NCBI GenBank assembly: GCA_030167865.1
Contig: JALAGF010003606.1
Span: 1-64,000 of the forward strand
From: Craspedostauros australis
Lineage: Eukaryota
Direction of reading: 5' to 3'
Length of the DNA stretch: 64,000 bases
Shown here one piece after another: positions 10,931 to 23,694 of the stretch; positions within the stretch are counted from its first letter, which is position 1, and every line of letters begins with the position of its first letter. Below the pieces are notes generated by a model, which searched no databases, was not told the DNA's origin, and was given only the letters and a program-made list of their open reading frames with translations. The position numbers and the translations under genes are program-made.

Positions 10931-12699
10931 ATGACAAAGAGCACGATGAGCCAACGGCACTCCTTCCACGCATGTGTGCTGCTGCGCCTTTCGGTGCTGT
11001 CTGTACTACTCGTGGCACCAACGGCAGCCTTCTTCGCACATCAGGTGCAGCAACCTCAGCAGCAGCGTCAATGGCACCAGCACGGGCAGAGTCGGCATCA
11101 GCGTCTGCAACATCTGGCATCTGCCACCATTGATGTTGATGCAATCAGTGCATCATCCACTTCAAGCAGCACTTCTGCTGCCAGCAGCAGCAGCAGCAGC
11201 AGTAACAACAATGGCAGCAACAATGGCAGGACCAATAACAACAACAGCAACGAAGATGACGACACAAATGACATCGGAACGATCGGCAACTGGAAGAACT
11301 TGCACGGCAACTGGATCCTCGCCCCCACAAAGAACAGCAACACGGACGACGAAGGACCGCGTGCCGTCATTCACTTCCTGGGCGGCGCCCTCGTCGGCAA
11401 CTCGCCGCACATCACGTACCGCTACCTCCTCGAACGACTCGCGGATCAGGGATACCTCATCGTCGCCACGCCGTACCAGCTCTCCTTTGATCATCTTTCC
11501 ACGTGCGACGAGATCATCCACAAATTCGAACAAGCCGCGCCCACCATCGCGCGCAAGTACGGCGGCGGCGCCTTGCCCGTTGTTGGCATGGGCCATTCCT
11601 GCGGGGCCCTCTTGCAGCTGCTCATCAACAGCGTCTTTCCCGATACGCCGCGCGCCGCCAACGCCCTCATCAGCTTCAACAACAAGCCCATCCAGGATGC
11701 CGTGCCCTTCTTCGATGAGGTCTTCGCGCCATTCTTCACGGCCATCGCGTCCGAGAATGGCGCTCTGCCCAGCGGCAACACGGCGTTGGAATTGAGCTTG
11801 CAGGTGGCACGGTCGGCCAATCGCGGCGAGCTGCCGTCGGATGCGGTCGTTAACGATATTCTGCGCAAGCTCGTTGTGCCGCCGGCGTTGATGTCCTTGT
11901 TGGATCGTGGCAGCGGCGACAACGGTGGCGTCGTGATTCCGCAGGAGCTGCGCAATGCCGTTGCGTCTTTGACGTCGCCGCCCCAGCAGGTGCTTAAGGA
12001 TGTGGGCGTCGTGCCATTCATGGATGAGCTTATTGGCAGTTTGGAGCAGATACCGAGATTGGTTGAAGAGGTAGGTTTTTTGTATGCGTTGGGAAAGCGT
12101 GGTTTGGATGTTGATAGCATGGTGTTGCGGTGTTCTGTACTGGACCATGCTCGTGCTCTGTTCATTTGACTGTTTTCAATCTGCACCACAATTACCGATC
12201 TGTACCTTTGTGCCAAAACACACATGACGCATGATGCTTCGTTCAACTCACCCCCTCTGTCCATTGGCATCGGTACGTACACTCCACACCAAATCATGCC
12301 ATGTCGTCATCCGTCGCCAAACAGGTCGCCGACGGCGCCAACGACTTCATTCCCACGCCGGCCTCCGTCAAGAACGCCGCGCGACGTGCTTACCGCGCAC
12401 GACGCACCCTCATCCTGGGATACGAGGACGACCCCATCGACGAATCCAACGAGGTAGAGACCCTGCTGGTCGAGGCCCGCAGCGTCACGCGTATGAAGCG
12501 CCCCATGATCCAGATCGACGTTGAGCGCAAGGAGCTCAAGGGCAACCACGCTACGCCCTTGCTGGCGCCGCCATTGGAGTTGGCCGGTCGAGCCGAGGAT
12601 CTGCTGGGTCAGGATGAGGCCAAGGAGCGGTTGCTGTACGAGCAGGCCGATGCGACGGTCGAGGAACTCACCAAGTGGCTGGAAGCGGGGAATCTGTAA
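10931..12699 (+). CDS. DUF1350-family alpha/beta hydrolase, probably plastid-targeted (2 exons)
   Basis: Exons 10931 (or 10946)-12070 and 12325-12699 (GTAGGT...ACAG, phase 0). Motifs VIHFLGGALVG..P...YRYLLE.L, GHSCGA nucleophile elbow, LISFNN, DDPIDES and GNHATP. Signal peptide ends TAAFF. Confidence 0.85.
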
Positions 12700-12900
12700 G
12701 AGTAAAGTAAACCAGAGTGCTCTGTTAGTACAGTTCTCTAACAGAAGCTCATTCCTTCTGCTGCAGAGAGAGAGGGAGTGTGTGTGTGTATGTCGGCTAC
12801 CAATCAATCAACAGAACTGCAGATATGTCCCGTTGCGTTTCTTGTCCTATTAGAGTAAAGTATTGTATGTTAACGAAGTGGTGTTTGCATGCTGATGGTT

Positions 12901-15627
12901 CTAACTGGATGGAGGCGGTGGCATTCCGATGGCGGCAAACAGGTCGGCACCAGGCTGTGCCGAGTCTGCGGGTTCAGTTGTAGTCGCTGCTGGAGCTGCT
13001 GCTGGTTCTTCCTCCTTTGGTGCTGGTTCGTCCAATGACACTTCCATCATGGCTTCATCACTCTCACCCTCCACCTTGCTTTCGACTGGAGTTGGTTCTG
13101 TGGCTGGTTCCGGCGTTGGCTTGGCCGCGACTGGCTCTGGTGTCGATGCTGCAGCGGGGGCAGGCTCCTCGGCTGCAACAATTGGCTCTGGCGTTGGGAC
13201 TGCTGATTCCGCAGCGGCAGCTGGTTCACTAGAACCAAACAACTCCGTCGCCGCCAGAGGTTTGGATTCTGCCACAGGAGATGGCGCGCTGAACAGCTCC
13301 TGGGCGCTGGCGATCGAAACTCCTGACACGGGCGCAGGTGGAATCGTCACGGTGGCTTCTGGGGTCGGCGCGAACAGCTCCTGGGCGCTGGCAATGGACT
13401 GTCCCGATGCTGGAGCCGGCGTGACTTGTGTCTCGCCGAACAATTCCTCGGCGCTCTGTGCACGCTCCAACACGGCCTTGTTGGGCGTGACCGGGACGTC
13501 GTTCAATGGCACGTTGACAACAGGCGCGTTGGCTGATACTTCCGGGTGCGTCTCCTTTGGCAAATCTTCCACCGCCGCTGGCTCGTCGGCAAACAACTCT
13601 TCGGCAGACTTGGCGCGTTGGATTGGTTCCCTCTTGGGAGTTTCGGTGGCAGGTGTCGCTGCGTCGGAAGCTTGTTCTTGCGGTGGTTGGAACGAGGCTG
13701 GTCGCTCCCAGCTGGTCTCGTTGGTGACGGAGTTGAAATAGTAGATGCTTCCAGTGGTTGGATCCTGTGCCTCCATCCAGTCCTGCTTCTGGGCTGGTTG
13801 GGACGCATCGGTTGCTGCTGCTGGAGTCTGTGCTGGATCCGCGGTTGCCGTTGGCTTCTCCCAGCTGGTTTCGTTCGTGGCAGAATTGTAATAGTAGATG
13901 GCACCCGATGTTGGATCCTGCGCTTCGACCCATCCATCCGGAAGGGACGCAACTGGTGCTGGCGTGGCGGCAGGAGTCGCAACAGCAGCAGCTGGGCGTT
14001 CCCATGACGTTTCATTGGTGATGCTGTTGTAGTAGTACGTGGTGCCTGAGTTGGGATCCAGCGCCTCGCTCCATCCTTCCGGCATTGCATCGCCACCAGC
14101 ATCAGCAGTTGGTTGCGGCGATTGGAAGAGCTGGGTGCTGCCGGCGGCCTGAGGAGAGAAGAGGGAGCTCGGTGTGCGTGGTTCGGATCCCACAGTGGCA
14201 GCAGCCGGCGACACGAGATCATTGAAGGATGGTTGGGATGGTGTCATGGCGGCGGCTGGAGCTGCGTTGGTGGTGCTCTGGCTGCTGTACGGCGGTGGTG
14301 GCATGAATGGAGTCGATGGTGTGTTGACGCCAGCTGGCGTGGCAGCCGCCGCATGAGTTGGCGTCGCCGGTGTCGTTGCAGGTTGCTGATACGCCTGTGG
14401 GTTGAAGGTGGTCGCGGCAGCAGCGGGTTGTTGCTGATGTGTGACCGGTGCGTAGGATGGACCGGGTTGCGACGACGGTGCTGGTGACATGGGGCCATAG
14501 TTGACGTAGCGTTGGTTGGAAGGTGGAAGAGATCCGTAGCGCGGAGCGCTCAGGGACTGGCCAGCCGCAAACGGATTGTCCCCCGTGGATTGAGAAAGTC
14601 CGAGCTGGGCGCTCCCGTTGGATGACGGCGGTGGTGCGATGTTCCTTGAAGTGGATGAATGATGACCGTACTTCTTCTGCAAATTGACGTCGCTGGAGGA
14701 GGAATGGAATCCATCGGGACGCACGAAGTTGGCGGACTTGGTCCTGGTGGTACTGAGGATGGCAGCCGACGATGATCCCGATCGAGCGTAGCCGCCCGGT
14801 GCCTCTGGAACTGGCGGGATAGATGCTCCTGGAGCCGCAGCTGTTGCTGCAGGAGCTGAAGTTGCGGATGGCATTCGCAAAGGCATGGACGAAGGTGCTG
14901 GTGCCACTGCTGTCGCAGCAGCAGGCATGGCATGTGGCTGCTGCATGGCATGTGGCTGCTGCTCAAATGGCTGCTGCATCGGTGGCTGTTGCATGGGTGG
15001 TTGCTGTCCAAACGGCTGCTGCGGTTGCATGGGTGGCTGAGCCCCTGCCATCGGCGGACCTCCCATCATGGTGGGCGGCGGAGGAAGGCTGGAGTTGTGG
15101 ATGCGCAAGCCTCCAAGATCGATGCCCGGCGGCAGGCCCACACCGCCATTGTCCAGAGCGTACTGCGTCTCGGCCTGCAGCTGGATCGGCAGAAGATGCT
15201 GACGCACCGCGTTGGACTGCGCCAAATCGTAGGGCGTCTGTCCCATGTTGTTCTTCTGCATGGCGGAACCGCCGTAATCCCGAATGAGCGTCTGGATGAC
15301 GTCCAATGCGTTGGGCTGCGACGACATGGCCGCATGATGCATGGGATTGTTGCCGTGGGCGTCCGTGACGTCCATCGTGGCGCCCGGCTGCGACATCAGG
15401 AGGCGGATGAGCTGCGTCATGGAGTACTGGCAGGCCAGGTGGATGGGGTACATGCGCTTGGCCTGGTTCACGATGGTGGCCAAGGGGTCCATCTCTGCGA
15501 TGGCACCCATGGCTCCCGATTCGTCGCCCCTCTGCACCAGGTAGACGAACTTGCCGACGCCATCATCGGGCGGCGGAGCCACCTGCTGCGACAGCCGTTC
15601 GAACTGCGATGATGCCCAGCTCAGCAT
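12901..15627 (-). CDS. Ankyrin-repeat plus triple WW-domain, Pro-rich adaptor protein
   Basis: 908-aa ORF. N-terminal ankyrin repeats (YPIHLAC, GNNPMHHAA, GQTPYDLA) and three WW domains (W.EA.DP.SG..YY.NS.TNETSWE.P). Confidence 0.88.
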   Translation of the reverse strand: MLSWASSQFERLSQQVAPPPDDGVGKFVYLVQRGDESGAMGAIAEMDPLATIVNQAKRMYPIHLACQYSMTQLIRLLMSQPGATMDVTDAHGNNPMHHAAMSSQPNALDVIQTLIRDYGGSAMQKNNMGQTPYDLAQSNAVRQHLLPIQLQAETQYALDNGGVGLPPGIDLGGLRIHNSSLPPPPTMMGGPPMAGAQPPMQPQQPFGQQPPMQQPPMQQPFEQQPHAMQQPHAMPAAATAVAPAPSSMPLRMPSATSAPAATAAAPGASIPPVPEAPGGYARSGSSSAAILSTTRTKSANFVRPDGFHSSSSDVNLQKKYGHHSSTSRNIAPPPSSNGSAQLGLSQSTGDNPFAAGQSLSAPRYGSLPPSNQRYVNYGPMSPAPSSQPGPSYAPVTHQQQPAAAATTFNPQAYQQPATTPATPTHAAAATPAGVNTPSTPFMPPPPYSSQSTTNAAPAAAMTPSQPSFNDLVSPAAATVGSEPRTPSSLFSPQAAGSTQLFQSPQPTADAGGDAMPEGWSEALDPNSGTTYYYNSITNETSWERPAAAVATPAATPAPVASLPDGWVEAQDPTSGAIYYYNSATNETSWEKPTATADPAQTPAAATDASQPAQKQDWMEAQDPTTGSIYYFNSVTNETSWERPASFQPPQEQASDAATPATETPKREPIQRAKSAEELFADEPAAVEDLPKETHPEVSANAPVVNVPLNDVPVTPNKAVLERAQSAEELFGETQVTPAPASGQSIASAQELFAPTPEATVTIPPAPVSGVSIASAQELFSAPSPVAESKPLAATELFGSSEPAAAAESAVPTPEPIVAAEEPAPAAASTPEPVAAKPTPEPATEPTPVESKVEGESDEAMMEVSLDEPAPKEEEPAAAPAATTTEPADSAQPGADLFAAIGMPPPPSS

Positions 15628-16674
15628 GATTCTTCTTCACACGCTTGTTGATGTCCTTGAGCAATGATGGTCTCGGAGGAGCTTGTTGCGATTCCTGTTG
15701 TGCTGTGGATGGCAACGTCGATGCCGAAGCCAATGCTGATGCAAAAGTGGATGCTGATGTGAATGTTGGTGTGTTGTTGGGGTTGGCGGAATGGAAATGC
15801 CAACGAATGAAGAAATGTGGACTTGCCAGCGCTGACAGACGATCTCTGTTGATGGCAATACTCGGCTCCCAACGTCCGTCCGATGACAACACCAACCTCC
15901 CACCGCAAGAGAGAGTCGTCCCGTCTGTCTCCTCTCCTCCCAAATCAACAACACGAAAGCGAAGAAACAGAGAGAGAGAGAGACCCTGCACAGAGGATGG
16001 AAAAGGTGGAGCGAAGGGTCATTGCTTTGACGTCAGTGTCATGCTCGTATTCGTGACGGATGGAGGCACACGCCACGATGTTGCGCGTTGTTTTGCGTCG
16101 TGTTGTACCGCGAAGCGTTTTGCTTGGCGTTTTGCCCAATCACAACACAATGACGGAGGATTCATTCGATTGCACTCATCGTGGATTCGCTCGACACGAT
16201 TTTGAACTGGCTTGTGTCACTAGCCCATAACCCAATGGCACGCAGGCGACCGATGCACATGAAAGTCAATTCCAATCACGCTTTTGCCTCCGACACGACT
16301 GAAATACTATCCCTCCTGCACACAAAACGAGCAGAACGAACGACCCCCAACAATGACAACCACAACACCGCTACCAGCAACGACAACGACAACAACGACA
16401 ACCATGGCCGGATGTGTCACAGAGACGGAGACGGAACAGAGGAAGCAGACGAACACAATCACCAACAACGATACCAGACACATTCCATTCGCAAGCGAGG
16501 AAGCTCACAACTGTTGGGGAGAGTGATTGTTCGCCACATAATCGAAGGCGACTGGCAGAGCAACAGGTTGCTAGAGAGAGAGAGAGTGACACGCTTCACC
16601 TACGAGCCACACCGGAACGACACGTTGCTCGTACTGTTCCATAAATAGCATCCCAACGCGGACGCAAAAGCATC

Positions 16675-19203
16675 ATGGTGACACCCAAGCAAGCTCGCCA
16701 TGGAGGAAGTGGCGGTCCTCGATTGATTGATTTTGCATCATCAGCATCATCAGCATCATCATCGCCCACGATGACATTCAAGGCCATCCTCGTGGCCCAA
16801 TCCGTGGCGCTCCTTGCCTGTCTCTACGAGATACAGTATGGCGGAACGATGATCGCCAAATACATGCCACCATCCCCATTTTCGGATGCTTCCTCGCAAC
16901 CCATCAAGGTCTTCTCGACGCATTCGGATCAGGCGATCTCCCTCAAGCAGCGTCAGGATTTGGCGACCAACCCCTTGGTGGAACACCACGTGCTCAGTCG
17001 CGACGATCAGGACGAGTTCCTGCGGTCGGCCTCATGCGTGGACGGTGCCCACGATCGCTTCCAAACTCTCGGTCAGGCCAATCAGCATCACCTCGCGGCG
17101 GAGATCTTCAAATACTGCGCGCTCTACATGCACGGCGGCATGTACCTGGATTCAGAAAGTCCCCTCATGGACACCCTCGAAGATCTGCTGCAAACCAGAC
17201 CGACGGCCAACATTGCCGTTCTCAACGACCCCGCCAGCTTCGAGGGTGCCATCCACGGTTCTCTGCTCGTCTTGCGACGGCCCTATTCCAACCTCGCGCG
17301 CACCATGTTGGAGACCTTGGTCCAAACGCCAATGGAGAGTCTGCAGAAGGCGCCCCTCCTCATTCCGCACAGGCTGCACGAGCTCATCGCCACCGAAATG
17401 AAGATCGACACGGTGCTCGAGGCCGGGGTCGTGGAGAATGATTGGTACCTCCTCCAGCATCGATGCAATTTGGATCCGTTGCATCGTCAATCAGCGGGCG
17501 TTCTCATCGATAGCGACCGAATCTCCAGCTACAGGTACGTTGCATCGCGTAAAGTGTGTGGGAAGAGACTGGCATGGCGCTGAACTGGCATGGCGCTGAA
17601 CTAGCGTGGCGTGGATCAGATGAGAAGAAGTGATTGGATCTGCTCTTTGATTCCCAGACAAGCAAGATTGTTTCCGTTGCTCACGCTGCTGCTCAATTTA
17701 CTTCTCTCTTCCTTCCAATTACAACTCACGTCGTCCTTTCGTCGCCCTTTCCTCCATACATACCTCAGGCCATCGCCTGCTTGTCCGGAAGCCAACGGTT
17801 TCTGCTGCACCGTCATTGATATGAGCGATCACACCTCGATCCTCATGACTCGTCATCCGCTCTCGCCACACCAAGTGCTACCGAGGCCGTCCGACTTGCC
17901 CATGCCATTCAACTCGGAGGGAGGATTCTACGAAAAGGAAGAGCTGCCGTACATATCCACCGTGCGACAAATCATCAACGAACGTCCAGTCCAAACGCCG
18001 CTCACGCCGAACTTCTTCGAAACGCTGCTGCAAAACGACTGCCTTCCATCCGACAAAAAATGCAGCGACTGTCTCCGCGACAAGAAGGGATCCAACTGCA
18101 ACAAGTGCCAAAGCGTCTGTCCCTGCTACTGCAAAACACTCTGCCATGTCTCCGTCGAGAAGAAGTTCATCAGCAAACATATCACCGTGTCACCGCCTGT
18201 GTATTCCAAAGACCCGTCCCGGTTGGTTCCGCGCATCGTGCATCAAACCTGGTTCGAGGATGTCACGCCTGACAAATACCCAAACATGAGCCGTCTCATT
18301 GAATCCTTCAAGCAGTCGGGATGGGATTACAGATTCTACACGGACGAAGATGCCGAGGCCTTCCTGGGCACACACTTCCCGTCCGAAGTCCTTCAAGCCT
18401 ACAAGACACTGCGTCCTGGTGCCTTCAAGGCCGATCTCTTCCGATACTGCGTCCTGCTCATCCGCGGTGGCGTTTACGCTGACATGGACATCATGCTCGA
18501 GGCCAATCTGGATCTCGCCGTCAGTCCTGAGATCGGATTCATGGTCCCACAGGATGAGCCAGGCGCCCCTGTGGATCACCGCATGTGCCTCTGGAACGGG
18601 TTCATCGCCGCTGCTCCCGGCCACCCCTTCCTGGCCAAGACTATCGAGACCGTCGTCAACAACGTTCGCAATCGATTCACATCCGTGGACATCGACAACC
18701 TCTTCTGTCCTGATCCCGAGCTGTCCATATTGCACGCCTACGACACCCTCTTCACCGCCGGACCTTGCATCTTGGGATCGGTCGTCAACAAGGTCCTTGG
18801 ACGGCACGGCCAGACTTCCTTCGAGGCAGGCGAGCTGGATCCATGGAGAACTGGCCAAAGCGACGCCGCCGCTGAAAGCACAGCATTCGTCGCCGGGTTG
18901 GATGACAAACCAAGCCTGCGCATTCCAGGCAAGACAGTCATCTTGCACCAGAACAAATGGGATATGGGGTCCCACCGGTTCACCTTCCTGGAACGCAACT
19001 TGGTCGTCGCAGCCACCGACTTGCCAGACTCTGACGACCGAGCCAACCAGGAAAAACCTCCGGAGCACTACAGCAAGACCCACGTCAAGGCAGGCATCTA
19101 CGGTTTGGACAAGCTGTACACAGACAACAAGCGGGCCAACGAAGAGCTGCGATTCTACATTGATGCCGCCCAAAACCGTGCAACAAAGGAGGTCGCGATG
19201 TAA
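16675..19203 (+). CDS. Type II membrane glycosyltransferase, GT32/OCH1-like (DXD sugar-binding), with two tandem GT-like domains (2 exons)
   Basis: Exons 16675-17534 and 17769-19203 (GTACGT...CCTCAG, phase 2). Domain 1 has AEIFKYCALYMHGGMYLDSE. Domain 2 has VPRIVHQTW, GAFKADLFRYCVL..RGGVYADMD, AAAPGHPFL and TAGP. Confidence 0.87.
17569..17602. repeat. Perfect 16-nt tandem duplication (CTGGCATGGCGCTGAA x2) in the glycosyltransferase intron
   Basis: Read directly from the sequence. Confidence 0.85.
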
Positions 19204-19522
19204 CCCTGGCGCAGCAATAATTTCTCGTGCTCAATAGCCAGCATCCACATGCTAGCCAATGCATTGAAACCTACATAAAATATGTAATACCATCATAGAA
19301 ATACCTCAGCTCGACATGACATCTGCTGTTCATTACAATTTTAGTGAGAACCCATCCCTCTGTCAACTGCGTCAGGCGCATTCCCACCATCCTTGACATG
19401 ATCCATGATGCTCGTACATGCCACCGCAGTTCGGCATGCACTCTCTACAATGCCATGCATGCTCTCTCAACTGTGAGTAATGATGTAGCACGAAGACTTG
19501 TATTCTATGATAGCGTATCTCC

Positions 19523-22500
19523 TTAGTTAGCTGCCGTGCTCCCCCCAATGCCGATCGCGTTGGCACGTCGTCGTCGTTTCATCACTCGTCCCTCCAACGA
19601 CGGCCGAGACTTCGTGCGCTTGGAATGGGAACAATCCGAAATGGAATCATCGGAATCGTTCGATGTGTTATCCGAGAATATATGGGCAGTCATTGATCCG
19701 CCGTCGTCGTTGCCGGAGCCGTCGGAAGACGAGTTGGAGACTTCGCTGACTTCATGGAGGCTCTGGATCGTGGTGAAGAATTGTGCTGCACCAAGCATCT
19801 TCTCGGACTGCTGCTGTTGCTCCTCCTGCAACGAAGTTATGGGCGCGGGCAGCGTGACCGAAGCTGTCGCCGGCATGTACGCAGAGTGTAGGCTCACTTC
19901 TCTTGCCGATTGTTGGGCGAAGATGACGTAGTCGTCCGCGCCTCTCGGGATGCTGCTTGTGGAAACCTGACGCCCTGGAAGGTCATTCTCGAGTGTGTGA
20001 CAGTGCTGCACAAAGCAGGACTTGATCGGACGATGGCGAGGACTCGTTGGCGTGGCCGCAGCAGCAATGGCTGTTCCAAGCGGCTTCAGGAGAGTCGGTT
20101 GAGAGTTGAAGGAAGAATGTAACTTTGGGAGGATGGAGAAGTTGTCCACGCGCCGCCTCAATGACGTGTTGCGCATGACAGGCGTTGCGTTGGTGGATGC
20201 ATCGTCCTCGATGAAGTTCGAACTGAACGCGAACGCCAAAGAGTGTTCGTCGTCATCGTCACCCTCTTCATCTTCTTCATCGTCGTCGTCATCAATATAA
20301 ACATCAACGTCGCTGAACTCATCATCTTCGCCTCCCCCTTGGCCTTCCCTCTTTGCACTATTCTCATTGTTCTGAACCTCCTGGGTTTTCATGCGCAAGG
20401 ACTGATGGCCTTCGCTCATTTTGCCCACTGCAGTCGCCTCGTTAACCTGGAGGTTGCAATTCATGCCCCTTTCATCCCCTTCTTGGCCCTGTTCCCCTTG
20501 CCTCGTGTTCTGTGGGTGCTTCTCCCCATGCTCTTTCTGCCGAACCGCACTTAGATACGTTTGGTGGAGTTGTGCGGCGACTGTGTCTCCTAGCATTGAT
20601 GGGGTAGGCTGAGGCAACCCAGGCGTCTGTGACAAGGATCCCTTCGATGCCGTCGCATTCGTATACATGTACTGCACCAGCTGCTGTGCTTGCGCATAGT
20701 GATGAGTCGGCGGAACGAGCGTCATCATCCCCCCGTTGAGGCTGGGCTGCGCCTCCGTTGCAGAACTTACAGCGTTGGGCAGAATTGGCGAGAAATGCGA
20801 GTGCTGCGGAGTGAGTGATGACTGCAACGCCGGCACAGTTTCCTTCGCGTTGTACAGCGATTGGTTTTGCGCTGGGAGCACTGCACTGGCAGTGTTCGAC
20901 TGCATGGCAACGCCGTTTGTGTTCTGGGTTGGCACAGATGCAGGTGCAGACGAAGCCACGGAGGACGGAGCGGGCAGCAGAAGAGACAAGGATCCTACCG
21001 CCTGCGTTGGCAATGTGTACATGTACGTATGGTATCAAATATTATATGTTGGTTGTTTGGGATGGGAAATCATTTGAGGTTTGTGAGCGTTCGTGAGAAA
21101 AAGGTGAGTGTTGGGCGATTCGAATATGACAACGACAAGCTGTACAACATGTAGCATCCATGCAGGTCTTCGGCAGGCAGGCCGACTGATTGTCAATAGA
21201 AATGATGAGCAAGGTCCGTTGCTCCTTCCACTTACAAGCTGATTCGGTTTCGGCAGCACGCTTGACTGCATGGTACGCAATACCATCTGCTGCTGCTGCG
21301 GTTGGCAGTAACTTTGGTACTGATGCTGCTGGTGGTGCGGGTGGAACTGTTGGTAGGGATGATGCTGATGATGGTGCTGTGGTTGGTGTTGTGGAATGGC
21401 ATAATGTTGTTGCTGGTGGTGGTGTTGTTGCTGTCGTTGACCTCTCTGAGGATCACCAAAGAGGTACGGCGCCGTCAGCTCTGGAAATGCCGATCTGTAG
21501 AAGGTGATCTCTGCTTGACGAAGCATTCTTGTGCTTTCGGCGATCTGAGCACTGGTCATGGCGGTGTTGCGCTGTGGACGCATCGCGTCCTTGGCGACGA
21601 AGACCATCTTGCCGATTCCCTTGCCGGCGTACTTCTTGGATATCCGCATGGGGGCGCAGTGGAGCTTCCTGCTGAGGAAGGACCGCAGGGTGCTCCCGTT
21701 CTTCTCGTTCATTAGACCCTGTTCAAAGTGCTTGATCAGAAGGTCGGCATACTTCTCCTCCTCGGATGTCCACTTCCCACTTCTCTGCTTGGCGTGAAAG
21801 TAGAATGGCAGTGTGGGCTGTGGATGATGATACTCCAGACGATGGGATGTCGGGACCATGGCTGGCACTCCAAATGGTGCATTGATGGTGCACGCTTGAG
21901 GGAATGCCATGGCCACTGGCGCTTGCTGGAATGCGCACGGGTACGATCCAGGCAGTGGTGGTGGCATCGCAGCATATGGTGATGCAGAAGAAGACCATGA
22001 GGTTGAGGTTGAGGCAAACGTTGAGGGGGGACGTGGGACAGTGATAGAGACGGTCCCTGGAGTGTTGCCTGGGACTGATGGGAGAACTGCTGTTGTCGTA
22101 GCTGGAGCAGATGTTGCTGCTGTTGCAGCTGCAGGTGCTAAGTTGACTGTTGAGGCTGATGTGCTCGCGGACGTTGGAAGTTGCATCTGTGTTTGTGCCT
22201 GTTGTTGCTGCGTGGATGTGGCCGTGGAAGCGACTACAGGCACCGATGAAGATGCATCGCCAGTCACCGTGGTATTCGGAACTCGCAGCAACTGTTGCTG
22301 CGCTTCTCGAGTGGCTGGTGAGGCTGTTTCCGTGGAGCGGATCGCAAAGGCAGGTGGCTGCTGCGACTGGTGTGGTTGTTGCTCTTGCAGGTCCTGTTGG
22401 TGTTCAGCTGCATGCGCTTGTGATGCTGACATGCCGATCAAAGTTGGCCGGGCTGATGGCTGCGGTAGCGCAGAAGAGGAGTTGGACACTGGGCGTGCTT

Positions 22501-22681
22501 GGCTTGCGACGGCGGTATCGGGTGGGGCTGGGATGACGCCGGGAATGCTCCGGGAGTCCGTCGTGATGGCAGCCAGCACTGCTGCAGTGGAGAGAGCAGC
22601 CTGCTGGTGAACCAAAGCGGCGGACGCTTGCGGGAGTTGAAGAATGCCATGGCCGTGTCGTGCTTCCGAAGAGGCCGTCAT
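19523..22681 (-). CDS. Low-complexity putative transcription factor with stramenopile-type Myb/SANT-like domain (2 exons)
   Basis: Exons 22681-21236 and 21001-19523 (GTAAGT...ACGCAG, phase 0). Conserved-looking core RSGKWTSEEEKYADLLIKHFEQG...TLRSFLSRKLHCAPMRISKKYAG, Q/H/P-rich flanks and a C-terminal basic KRRRR (NLS-like). Confidence 0.7.
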
Positions 22682-23655
22682 TCTTCTCGCAAGAGAGGAA
22701 GGTGAGCGAAAATGAAGACCTCAGCGAAACCAAGCACGGTGGCACGGGCGTTTACCTTGAAATGCTATGAGCGTGTACCCGTATTGGTAGCGTCCTCCTT
22801 GAATCGTCTTGGACTCGATACCAATACCCTGGCATACGACAACAGACAAGAGTACTTTGGCTCTGACTCTGGCCGTACCTCTCAGTCTGCGCGAGTCTTT
22901 GGTTCAGAGCAGAGTATTGTATTGTAGAGTAGATGTCTTTATCTTCCTTCTGTCTTCGTTGATTGCCATTCAAGAAGGGACGTTGTTGGTCGCGGCGGCT
23001 GGTTGGTTGGTTGATTGATTGGTGGACTGGAATCTGTGCGACTTGATGTGTCGGGGTTTGCCGATGCGTCTTCACTCAGGGTGGAAGATGGTGCTTTCTG
23101 TGGTTGTGATGTGATGTTGTGGTGTATCGATGTGTTGATGTGTCGATGTGTTGAAGTGCGCGCTGATGGGCACAAGAAGAAGTGGTGACTGCAACAGTAT
23201 GAGTAGTGGGAAAGATGGAGCGGCCACAAGAGCAATGGAAAGCAATGAATGAAGTGCGTGTTACGGGAAGCGCACACACACGCGGCGAAGAATCGGTGTG
23301 GATGGGTGCAGCGTGATGCGAGTACGAGTACTTGCGAGTACTTGTTGCTCTATCCGAATAGTGCCTGCGTGCACGAACGCTACAACAGCAGCACCGACAG
23401 TGATGTCCGGTCCCACAAGAGAGGCGCGGCGGTGCCTGGTGACGAGGACGCAGATCGGTGACCGACGACGTTGGCAATGCGTCCTTTCTGCTTTGCCCTG
23501 CAGACACACTGCTCGCCGCGTCACGAATGAGAGGGAACCGCAGAAACAAAACGGACAACAGCAACCGACGACAGCAACAACGACATGGCTCCAACCCTGA
23601 GTAGTGGGAGTACTCTCTGTGTGGGCAAGCACACTTCTCCAACCTCCACGACCAC

Positions 23656-23694
23656 GCAACGACTGAGCAACGACTGAGCAACGACTGAGCAACG
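23656..23694. repeat. 11-nt tandem repeat (GCAACGACTGA x3.5) in the divergent intergenic region
   Basis: Read directly from the sequence. Confidence 0.9.

Noticed and set aside
11162..12297. Long antisense ORFs (328 aa and 268 aa) over the DUF1350 gene; similar ones at 18190-19173, 12929-13741 and 29836-30795
   Set aside because: Expected antisense or alternative-frame ORFs in GC3-rich or low-complexity coding DNA, with no motifs.
23656..23694. Direct repeats considered as a mini CRISPR-like array (also 45461-45510)
   Set aside because: Head-to-tail repeats with no spacers and no cas genes, in a eukaryotic context.
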